Shown here: positions 9,077 to 17,039 of the stretch, in pieces
Layout: the number at the start of each line of letters is the position of its first letter
Numbering within the stretch: the first letter of the stretch is position 1
NCBI GenBank assembly: GCA_025361285.1
Contig: JANYAP010000022.1
Location: 255-64,254 of the forward strand
Reading direction: 5' to 3'
Length of the DNA stretch: 64,000 bases
DNA from: Bacteroidales bacterium
GTDB lineage: Bacteria; Bacteroidota; Bacteroidia; Bacteroidales; JAAUTT01
Notes under the pieces: generated by a model
What the model was told of the DNA's origin: nothing
What the model saw: only the letters and a program-made list of their open reading frames with translations
The model's database searches: none
Position numbers and translations under genes: made by a program

Positions 9077-12000
9077 TTAGTCTTTTAAACAACGTACCGC
9101 AAATGCCATAACTTTAGTAAAATGCCATTGTATTCCGTCGGGCATTGAAGCGTTTCCTGCTGTATAAAACATGTGAAAGTGATAGCTATTATTTGGGTAG
9201 CCAGGGGTTGAAGTGGTTGTTTGAAAACAGCCCCATTGTAGAAATTCGGCGAATTTACCATCATTCATTCTATTGCCTGCGGGAAGCACAGTCATTCCAC
9301 TAGAGTTAGTTGCTTCTGCATTAGGCGATTGCCAATGGCTAGTTCCTGTTTCCTTTAATTTACCTCCAGCAACTGAAAGTCCTCCTAAAAAATCTATCAG
9401 AACCTCCCACTCGGTTTTTGCTGGCACATGCCAGCCAATAGGGCAAACATTTCTTGGATCGACAACCGTATAGTGGTTGTATAATCTACCATAAACAGGT
9501 ACATTAGCTTCTTCGCCATGGCAGGGCCAAGTGTATGCGGTATGATTTATTAAGGTGTCGCCTAGCACATTCAGACCTAGTGGGGTAGTTGTGGGTATTA
9601 GGTCGCCATTTTGGTAATGTGTTGTTGTGAGATTTTCGGCCATCCACGTTTGTGTGCCTACTGTAACTGTTTTGTACATATTCCCTTCAATATCGGTAAC
9701 GAAGTGCGTCATTATATTGTCGTATCGGGTTTGCAGGCTGGCTAATTGCGATTCAAGATTGAGATTATCGATATATGCTTTTGTTGCAATATCTTGATCG
9801 TTAACAGGCTCTGCCACATTTGTAATATTTTTGTTATTAGCGTTTAATCCGTTATTGGCTGAAATTGCATTGTTTGTTGTTATTGTACCAGTAAACGTTT
9901 TATTGTTAGTAATTGTTTGATCGTTGGATGAGTTTAAGTCGTCGGATTTATCGATATCCCAGTTAGAAAAGGTAATTGTGTTGCCATTGGTTATAGTTAA
10001 CTCATTGGTAGATAGCGACAACTGTTGTGTTTCGGTGGTTAAAAAATTGGGAGTAAAGTTTTCCCATTTACCTGATGTTGAGTTGAAATGCAATAATTGT
10101 GAGTTTAAAGGGCTAACTATTTTAATATCGGCAAAGCCAAAATCACTTAATAACGATGTTGGTTTATTAGTTATATTGCTCCACAATACTTGGGCTTGAC
10201 CGCTGTTTTGAAGGTTATTTTTTGAATAATAATCGGTTGCGAAACCATAGCCTGCTGATGCGTGATTTCCCCAAGAATAGGCTTCGTTCCAATCGGTTAT
10301 TTTGGAGGCTGTAATGCCATTTGCTGCGTGGGTTGTGCGCATTGCATCGGTAATTCCATAATTAGTAAGGGTTGTAGGTTTGTTGGTAATGTTGTTGAAA
10401 TGCACTTGCGCTTGCCCTGTGGTGTTTAGCTGAGTTTGAGTGTAAAAATTTGCCGCAGTTGCCGCATTAGCGTACCCTGCCGATGCTGAGTTTCCCCAAC
10501 CATAAGTGGTATTCCAATGTGCAGTTAGTGTGCTTGTAATTCCATTTGCAACGTGAGAAGTTGACATGGCATCGGAAATGCTGTATCCTGCAAGGGTTGT
10601 GGGTTTGTTTAGTATTGAACTCCAACTGCTGCTAATTACAGGCTTATTTGAAAGGTCGTTGTAACTGCCCGATGTTGCAACTGTTGCAAAAGTTGGCTTT
10701 AGCGTGAGTGAACTCCAAGTTCCATCGAATAGCAATTGCTTGTTCGAAAGGTCGTTGTAGTCTCCACTAAATGGCAATGGTTTGTTCGATAAATTGTTAT
10801 AACTTCCACTTGTTGCAACTGTTGCTAAAGGTACGCCTGTTAACGAGTTCCACGATCCACTAAATAGTGCAGGTTTATTCGATAAAGAGGCATAAGTGCC
10901 ATTAAACATGGTCGGCTTATTTGTTAAATCGGTGTAACTACCAGTAAAATAAATTGGTATGTTAATTAAATTGGTGTAACTGCCTGTTGAGGCTACATTT
11001 GCAAATGATGGCTTGCCTGTAATAGAAGCCCATGTTCCGAGTGGTAGCGATGGCTGATTTAATAAATCGTTATAACTGCCACTAAATAAGATTGGTTTGT
11101 TTGTTAAACTTGTGTAACTGCCGCTAGTTGCAATGGTAGAAAATGATGGTTTTCCTGTGATTAAAGTCCAAGTCCAACTTGTTAGTATTGGTTTGTTAGT
11201 TAAATCGTTATAGCTACCACTAAATATAGATGGTTTGCTTATTAAATCGTTATAGCTGCCACTTGTAGCAACGGTCGCAAATGTTGGTTTTAAGCTTAAT
11301 GAAGTCCATTTACCGTCGAAAAGTAATGGTTTATTAGTTAGGCTTGCATACGCGCCACTGAACAATATTGGTTTGTTTGATAAATCATCGTAATTGCCAC
11401 TAAATAAGGTTGGTATGTTTTTTAAAACATTATAATTGTTATTATATGCTACTGCCGACAGTGAAGGTTTACCACTTAATGAAGTCCATGTTCCATCGAA
11501 AAGATTAGGCTTCGAGGTTAAATTGTCATAATTTCCGCCGAAAAGGATTGGCTTGTTTAATAAATCGTTGTAACTACCTGTTAAAGAAACCGAAGAAAAT
11601 GTTGGGGTTCCAGTTAACGAATTCCAAAAGCCATCGAAAAGGACTGGTTTATCGGTTAAATTGGTGTAACTTCCACTAAAGTATGCCGTTGGAATGTTCG
11701 ACAATTCGTTGTAATTGGCAGTTGTGGCCACAGAAGCAAATTCTGGCTTATTTGCCAGCAAAGCCCATGTGCCGTCGATTGGTGCGGGTATATCGGATAA
11801 ATTGTTATAGCTTCCGCTTAGCGCGATGGCTTCCAAAGCAGGTTTTCCAGTAATTGTTACCCAATTTCCATCAACGAAAGTTGGTTTATTTATTAAATCG
11901 GTATAGTTTCCACTGAAGCCATTAGCTGTTTTGTCGGCATATAGTGCGTAAGGAACACTCAATAACTGGCTGGTTCCTAATTCGTTTCCATTTATGCTAA

Positions 12001-12307
12001 TGTTAATATAATACGAATCGTTGGCCCACACTATGTTAGCGAATGAACCAGATGTTTGAGTTCCGTTACCAATTTCGAGATTAATTATTCCGAATTGGTT
12101 TGTGGCAGGAAAATGCGATTCGCTATAAACTATTGTTCCATTGGCATTTCCTTTAAGAATACCAATTTGAATTTCTATAATTTTATTTGTAATGAGGCTA
12201 CCCGACGGATCGCGAACTATAGCCTGATATTTAAATGGTTGTGGATTTTGTGAATACACACCTAGTGCCAATAATATGGCAAAAACTGTATTTATAATTT
12301 TCTTCAT
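9077..12307 (-). CDS. secreted tail-fibre-like repeat protein with a C-terminal Fibrobacter succinogenes major paralogous (FISUMP, lectin-like) domain
   Basis: 1076 aa with a signal peptide (MKKIINTVFAILLALGVYSQ). About 30 short repeats of type FSGSYNDLxNKP / FDGTWxSLTGKP / FATVATSGSYxDL span nt ~10640-11950, followed by two GYGITDA...ANGIT...W..GY units. The last 205 aa (nt 9080-9694) carry YKTVTVGTQTWMAENL, YGRLYN, CPIGWHVPxxxEW, AGGKLK and LPAGNR. Confidence 0.85.
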   Translation of the reverse strand: MKKIINTVFAILLALGVYSQNPQPFKYQAIVRDPSGSLITNKIIEIQIGILKGNANGTIVYSESHFPATNQFGIINLEIGNGTQTSGSFANIVWANDSYYINISINGNELGTSQLLSVPYALYADKTANGFSGNYTDLINKPTFVDGNWVTITGKPALEAIALSGSYNNLSDIPAPIDGTWALLANKPEFASVATTANYNELSNIPTAYFSGSYTNLTDKPVLFDGFWNSLTGTPTFSSVSLTGSYNDLLNKPILFGGNYDNLTSKPNLFDGTWTSLSGKPSLSAVAYNNNYNVLKNIPTLFSGNYDDLSNKPILFSGAYASLTNKPLLFDGKWTSLSLKPTFATVATSGSYNDLISKPSIFSGSYNDLTNKPILTSWTWTLITGKPSFSTIATSGSYTSLTNKPILFSGSYNDLLNQPSLPLGTWASITGKPSFANVASTGSYTNLINIPIYFTGSYTDLTNKPTMFNGTYASLSNKPALFSGSWNSLTGVPLATVATSGSYNNLSNKPLPFSGDYNDLSNKQLLFDGTWSSLTLKPTFATVATSGSYNDLSNKPVISSSWSSILNKPTTLAGYSISDAMSTSHVANGITSTLTAHWNTTYGWGNSASAGYANAATAANFYTQTQLNTTGQAQVHFNNITNKPTTLTNYGITDAMRTTHAANGITASKITDWNEAYSWGNHASAGYGFATDYYSKNNLQNSGQAQVLWSNITNKPTSLLSDFGFADIKIVSPLNSQLLHFNSTSGKWENFTPNFLTTETQQLSLSTNELTITNGNTITFSNWDIDKSDDLNSSNDQTITNNKTFTGTITTNNAISANNGLNANNKNITNVAEPVNDQDIATKAYIDNLNLESQLASLQTRYDNIMTHFVTDIEGNMYKTVTVGTQTWMAENLTTTHYQNGDLIPTTTPLGLNVLGDTLINHTAYTWPCHGEEANVPVYGRLYNHYTVVDPRNVCPIGWHVPAKTEWEVLIDFLGGLSVAGGKLKETGTSHWQSPNAEATNSSGMTVLPAGNRMNDGKFAEFLQWGCFQTTTSTPGYPNNSYHFHMFYTAGNASMPDGIQWHFTKVMAFAVRCLKD

Positions 12308-12311
12308 AATA

Positions 12312-14909
12312 CTAAAGACCTAATTTAGTTTCTATTGCGGCAATTTTTCCTTCGAGAATAGCAATATTTGTCTTCAAAATATCGGCATAAGCTTTGGTGG
12401 CAGCATCGCTAGTGGCACTTGGGTTGGCAACATTTATAATGTTGGTATTGTTTGCATTCAATCCATTTGACGCCATAATTGTAGCCGATGCAGTTAGTGT
12501 TCCCGAAAATGTTTTATTTCCAGCTATAGTTTGGTCTCCAGTTAGCGTAACATCGTCGTTTTTATTTGTATCCCAGTTGCTATCGAAAGTAACAGTGTTA
12601 CCGTTTGTAATGGTTAAATCGTAACCCGACAGAGTTAAGGTTTGCGATTCGGCGGTTAAGTAGGCCGGCGATGAGTTTTCCCATTTACTTGTGGCGCTGT
12701 TGTATCGAAGTATTTGATTATTCGCTGGTGATGAGATGTTTACATCGGCAAAGCCAAAATTTTGAAATGTAGGTTTGTTAGTGATATTACCCCAATGCAC
12801 TAAAGCCTCGCCATTGGTTTGAAGGTTCGTTTTGGTGTAATAGTTTGTACCCGTTACGTACCCAGCCAATGCGTGATTTCCCCATGTGTGAGCGGCATCC
12901 CAATTTGTTATTTGGGTGCTTGTAATACCGTTGGCGATGTGCGATGTTTTCATTGCATCGGTAATGCCATAACCATCTACGGTTATAGGCTTGTTTGTAA
13001 TGTTACCCCAATGCACTAGTGCTTGAGTGCTTGTTTGTAAGTTTGTTTTGCTATAATAATTGGCAGCAAGCGCATATCCTTTTGTAGAATGGTCGCCCCA
13101 TCCATAAGCTGTGTTCCAATTAGTTATTTGAGTTGCGCTAATGCCGTTTGCAGCGTGTGTTGTAGAAATTGCGTCGGTAATTCCGTAGCCTGCTATAGTT
13201 GTGGGTTTACCTGTTAGCGAACTCCAGTTTCCATCGAAAAATGATGGTTTATTTAACAAGTCGTTGTAACTACCTGAAGATGCAACTGTTGCAAAAGCAG
13301 GTTTTGCAGTTAAGGACGTGTATTTACCATCGAATAGAACTGGCTGACCCGATAAGTCGGCGTAATTTCCGCTAAACAATTCTGGTTTGTTTATCAAATC
13401 GTTGTAGCTCCCGCTTGTAGCAACTGTTGCAAAAGTTGGTACGTTCGTTAACGACGTCCATTTACTATCGAACAGAACGGGCTTACCCGATAGGTCGGCG
13501 TAATTTCCACTAAACACGTAAGGTTTATTGGATAAATCGTTGTAACTACCACTAAATAAAACAGGTTTGTTTAATAAATCGTTGTAACTACCAGTTGTGG
13601 CTACTGTTGCAAAAGTGGGTTTTCCGGTTAATGCGCCCCACGTACCGTTGAAAATTGCAGGTTTATCGGATAAATCGTTATAGCTACCGCTAAATAATGT
13701 TGGTTGATCGGTTAAATCGGTGTATTTTCCGCTTGTGGCAACAGTAGCGAAAGTGGGTTTGCCAGAAAGTGAGACCCAGGTTCCGTTGAAAATTGTTGGT
13801 TTATCGGATAAATCGTTGTAGCTACCGCTAAAAATTGTTGGTTTGTTTAATAAATCGGTATAATTACCGCTAGTGGCTATTAATGCGAATGTTGGTGTTT
13901 CTGTTAACGATGAGTACTTTCCATCGAAAAGTGTTGGTTTGCCAGATAAATCGGCGTAATTACCACTAAACAAAGTGGGCTTATTTGACAAATCAGCGTA
14001 GTTGCCGCTAAATAGGGTTGGTAAATTGTTTAAGTCGGTATAGATGCCTGTTGTAGCTACTTTTGCAAGCACAGGTTTTCCGGTAAGTGTATTCCAAGTT
14101 CCATCGAAAAGAGCGGGTTTATTTGATAAATCGTTGTAACTGCCGCTAAACAAGGCTGGTTTATCTAACAAATCGTTGTAACTACCGCTAGTTGCTATTG
14201 TTGCAAAGGCAGGTTTGCCAGTAAGCGCTACCCAAGTGCCATTAAAAATTGTTGGCTTATCGGTTAAGTCGGTGTATTTGCCACTAAACAATACTGGTTT
14301 GTTTATCAAGTCGTTGTAGCTCCCGCTTGTAGCAACTGTTGCAAAAGTTGGTTTTCCGTTTAATGTTTCCCAATTTCCGTCGAAAGTTGGTCGGTCGAGT
14401 AAGTCGTTATAACTGCCACTAAATGCCACGTTCGAAAAATTAGGTTTCCCAGAAACATTTTCCCAAGTTCCATCAAATACAAATGGTTTGTTTTTCAAAT
14501 CGTTATAATTTCCACTAAAGCCATTTCCTGCTTTATCGGCGTATTTTGCGTACGGAACGCTTAGTAATTGATTTATACCTATTTCGATGCCATTTACACT
14601 TACTTTTACAAAATAAGGATTATTTGCCCAATTTATTGTCGAAAAATTGCCCGAAACTAGTGTTCCGTTGCCAATTTCTATATTAACCTGCCCAAATTGG
14701 TTAGCATCGGACGAGTGTGTTTCGGTAAATACCGATGTGCCAGAGCTAGAGCCTTGTAGAATATCGATTTGGATATCTACTTTTTGGCTGGCAATTAAAT
14801 TTCCAGCGTTATCGCGTACAATTGCCTGATACTTAAACGCATTGGGACTTTGTCCAAACATATTTGATGCCAGCAGAAGGATAGCAATGGTGTTGATTAA
14901 CTTTTTCAT
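12312..14909 (-). CDS. secreted tail-fibre-like repeat protein (paralogue of 9077-12307, with a coiled-coil C-terminus instead of a lectin domain)
   Basis: 865 aa with the same N-terminal domain (FKYQAIVRD...SVPYA) and the same YNDLxNKP repeat field (nt ~13230-14550). It has two GYGITDA units, an IINVANPSATSDAATKAYAD motif typical of phage fibre proteins, and a C-terminal heptad-like ILEGKIAAIETKL. Only 4 nt separate it from the next gene. Confidence 0.85.
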   Translation of the reverse strand: MKKLINTIAILLLASNMFGQSPNAFKYQAIVRDNAGNLIASQKVDIQIDILQGSSSGTSVFTETHSSDANQFGQVNIEIGNGTLVSGNFSTINWANNPYFVKVSVNGIEIGINQLLSVPYAKYADKAGNGFSGNYNDLKNKPFVFDGTWENVSGKPNFSNVAFSGSYNDLLDRPTFDGNWETLNGKPTFATVATSGSYNDLINKPVLFSGKYTDLTDKPTIFNGTWVALTGKPAFATIATSGSYNDLLDKPALFSGSYNDLSNKPALFDGTWNTLTGKPVLAKVATTGIYTDLNNLPTLFSGNYADLSNKPTLFSGNYADLSGKPTLFDGKYSSLTETPTFALIATSGNYTDLLNKPTIFSGSYNDLSDKPTIFNGTWVSLSGKPTFATVATSGKYTDLTDQPTLFSGSYNDLSDKPAIFNGTWGALTGKPTFATVATTGSYNDLLNKPVLFSGSYNDLSNKPYVFSGNYADLSGKPVLFDSKWTSLTNVPTFATVATSGSYNDLINKPELFSGNYADLSGQPVLFDGKYTSLTAKPAFATVASSGSYNDLLNKPSFFDGNWSSLTGKPTTIAGYGITDAISTTHAANGISATQITNWNTAYGWGDHSTKGYALAANYYSKTNLQTSTQALVHWGNITNKPITVDGYGITDAMKTSHIANGITSTQITNWDAAHTWGNHALAGYVTGTNYYTKTNLQTNGEALVHWGNITNKPTFQNFGFADVNISSPANNQILRYNSATSKWENSSPAYLTAESQTLTLSGYDLTITNGNTVTFDSNWDTNKNDDVTLTGDQTIAGNKTFSGTLTASATIMASNGLNANNTNIINVANPSATSDAATKAYADILKTNIAILEGKIAAIETKLGL

Positions 14910-14943
14910 GTTATAATAATTGATATAGAATGAGTTATAATAG

Positions 14944-15435
14944 TTACTGATTTATTATTTTAAATGTTTCAATGAGTTTTTTATTCTGAAGTATCTGCAA
15001 TATATACGAGCCACTTGTAAGGTTTCGGAAGTCGATTTGTTCGATGCTTGAACTTATATTTTTCTGAATATTAACACTTCCCGTAGTATTATAAACAATA
15101 TACTCAAATCCCTTATAGTTGGTGGTTTCAACTTTAAGAAATACTATATCGTTTGTGGGGTTTGGGTAGGCTGTTACTGAAATTGCTATGTTTGCAATTT
15201 CGCCAATCGATGTAACAATTAGCTTTGTTTGGTGAAAACCCTGGGTGAGAGTTAAGTTGTTGTCGTTGTTACCTATAGTTTCGGTAAAGGCTTCTCCTAA
15301 AGTCCAACTTACTAAATATTCGGAATTTTTGTATTCGTCGCCTGCCGATGCAATTACTTGTGATGTAGGGTTTTGACTAAAACTATTGACTGATAAAATT
15401 ACACTTAAGCTAAGAACGATTATTACCGATTTCAT
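14944..15435 (-). CDS. small secreted protein with a T9SS type-A C-terminal sorting domain
   Basis: The C-terminus reads YPNPTNDIVFLKV...GSYILQI...KIINQ. Signal peptide MKSVIIVLSLSVILSVNSFSQ follows M19 of the tracked ORF. A -7 box at 15487-15494 overlaps the tracked start, so the ATG at 15435 is preferred. Confidence 0.75.
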   Translation of the reverse strand: MKSVIIVLSLSVILSVNSFSQNPTSQVIASAGDEYKNSEYLVSWTLGEAFTETIGNNDNNLTLTQGFHQTKLIVTSIGEIANIAISVTAYPNPTNDIVFLKVETTNYKGFEYIVYNTTGSVNIQKNISSSIEQIDFRNLTSGSYILQILQNKKLIETFKIINQ

Positions 15436-15486
15436 ATTGTCGCTTTCGAATTGTTTTTTGGCTATTAAAAATAGCATTTCAAGCAT

Positions 15487-15494
15487 CAAAATTA
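15487..15494 (-). promoter_or_regulatory. -7 box TAATTTTG (minus strand) for the fibre operon
   Basis: Matches TAnnTTTG about 50 nt upstream of the ATG at 15435. Confidence 0.4.
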
Positions 15495-15699
15495 GTTTAT
15501 TGAATTGAAACGTGTTTATTTAATATCAATGATAAACGCTAATATTTGACGTAGATACTATTTTTGTAGATTAAAATTCGTTGCAAAGCTTAATAATTAC
15601 TTGTATATAATTGTTTTTATGTACATTACACTACTTGCCATTAACTTTTGAATTGAGTTTTAATTGATTAGGGTTAATTTAAACGTGGTAGTAATATTA

Positions 15700-15910
15700 G
15701 GGGCTTCTCCGTTCCGACCTGCGTCGGAATGACAGTAGTGGCGTTGTCATCCCGACTTAGTAGTGGCGTTGTCATCCCGACGAAGGTCGGGATCTCAAAC
15801 GAGCGAGTGATATTAATGAAATAGCCGATTCTATATGGATTACCTCCATTTAGGGCTTCGCCGTTCCGACCTACGTCGGAATGACAGCATACGTCGGAAT
15901 AACAGCATAC
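15700..15910. repeat. composite palindromic intergenic element (hairpin A TTCCGAC-N4-GTCGGAA, hairpin B ATCCCGAC-N4-GTCGGGAT), expanded copy
   Basis: Two A hairpins (15700-15735, 15852-15887), one B hairpin (15761-15800) and duplicated half-sites. The same architecture occurs in inverted orientation at 63718-63896. Confidence 0.8.
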
Positions 15911-15924
15911 TTTTAATCTGTTTA

Positions 15925-17028
15925 TCAATTACTTAACGTAAAATGAAACTGCGTTCCATTACCAACCTCACTCTCAACCCATATTTTGCCGTTGTGTTTT
16001 TCAACAAATTCTTTGCACAGAAATAACCCAAGGCCAGTTCCGGTTTCGTTTGCTGTGCCGCGAAGGCTTTGTATATGAGTAATATCGAATAGGTTGGCTT
16101 TTATTTCGGGGGTAATTCCAACGCCAGTATCGGCAACGGTAATTGTAACGTAATCGTCGGTTTTAATCGCTATTACATCAATTCGATCGCCTGATTTAGT
16201 GAATTTTATGGCGTTCGATACCAGATTTCGTAAAACAGTTTTTACCATATTGCCATCGGCAAAAAAAATAACATCTTTAGCGGTTACATTGTTTATTAAT
16301 ATGTTTTTAGCATCGGCATTAGGTTTTAATGTTTCGAGTATTTCGCTGAAAACTTCGCTGAAAAGTAGTTTTTGTGGTTCGAAAGGTAATTTTCCCGACT
16401 GTACTCGTGCCCATAATAATAAGTTATCTAGTAGGTTATATGTATTTTGAGACACTTTATTAACGTTTGATACAAATTTTTCAATTTCGTTGATATCGTA
16501 CTTTCGAATATTTTTTAATAGTAGTTCTAACAAACCTAGAATGGCGTTAAACGGGTTTTTTAAATCGTGAGCAAGAAGGGCTAAAAACCGATCCTTATCT
16601 ACGTTAAGCCGCTGTAATTCCATGCTTTGCTGCTTTATTTTTAGGTGCGTTGATACGCGGGCCTTTACTTCCTCCGCCTGAAATGGCTTGGTAATATAAT
16701 CGACACCGCCCGAAGTGAGGGCTTTTACAATGTCGTTAGTGTCGTTTAAGGCACTTATAAAAATAACTGGAATATCGGCCAACTTAGGGTTTTCCTTAAG
16801 TTGTTGGCATACTTCGTAGCCATTCATGTCGGGCATCATTATGTCGAGCAAAATAAGGTCGGGTTTTTCCTTTTCGGCCACTTGTAAAGCCATCGATCCG
16901 CTAGGCACGGGGCGCACCTTATATCCGTCGGTTTTAAGTATGTCGCCCAATACTTTAAGGTTTGCTGGTATATCGTCCACTATAAGTATGTTGGCTACTG
17001 CCTTAATTGATGCGGTGTTATTTGCCAT
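15925..17028 (-). CDS. response-regulator receiver / histidine kinase fusion (REC-HisKA-HATPase)
   Basis: 367 aa with a REC domain (ILIVDD...LILLDIMMPDMNGYE...K), an H-box (LAHDLKNPFNAI) and N/G boxes (NAIKFT, DTGVGI, GTGLGL). Confidence 0.9.
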   Translation of the reverse strand: MANNTASIKAVANILIVDDIPANLKVLGDILKTDGYKVRPVPSGSMALQVAEKEKPDLILLDIMMPDMNGYEVCQQLKENPKLADIPVIFISALNDTNDIVKALTSGGVDYITKPFQAEEVKARVSTHLKIKQQSMELQRLNVDKDRFLALLAHDLKNPFNAILGLLELLLKNIRKYDINEIEKFVSNVNKVSQNTYNLLDNLLLWARVQSGKLPFEPQKLLFSEVFSEILETLKPNADAKNILINNVTAKDVIFFADGNMVKTVLRNLVSNAIKFTKSGDRIDVIAIKTDDYVTITVADTGVGITPEIKANLFDITHIQSLRGTANETGTGLGLFLCKEFVEKHNGKIWVESEVGNGTQFHFTLSN

Positions 17029-17039
17029 TGTTTTTCTTT

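Noticed and set aside
9080-9694. Diversity-generating retroelement target (C-type-lectin-like FISUMP tip)
   Set aside because: There is no reverse transcriptase ORF in the window, and I found no template-repeat copy of the tip-coding DNA.
9077-14909. Prophage or phage remnant, because of the tail-fibre-like repeats
   Set aside because: There are no capsid, terminase, portal, baseplate or integrase genes nearby. Both proteins have Sec signal peptides and a Bacteroidota-type N-terminal domain, and they sit in an operon with a T9SS-CTD protein.
15674-15928. 84-aa ORF, and likewise the 85-aa ORF at 63638-63895
   Set aside because: Both lie entirely within the palindromic repeat elements. Their peptide similarity (HSDVGRNGEA / VGMT) is a by-product of the repeated DNA, which occurs in opposite orientations.
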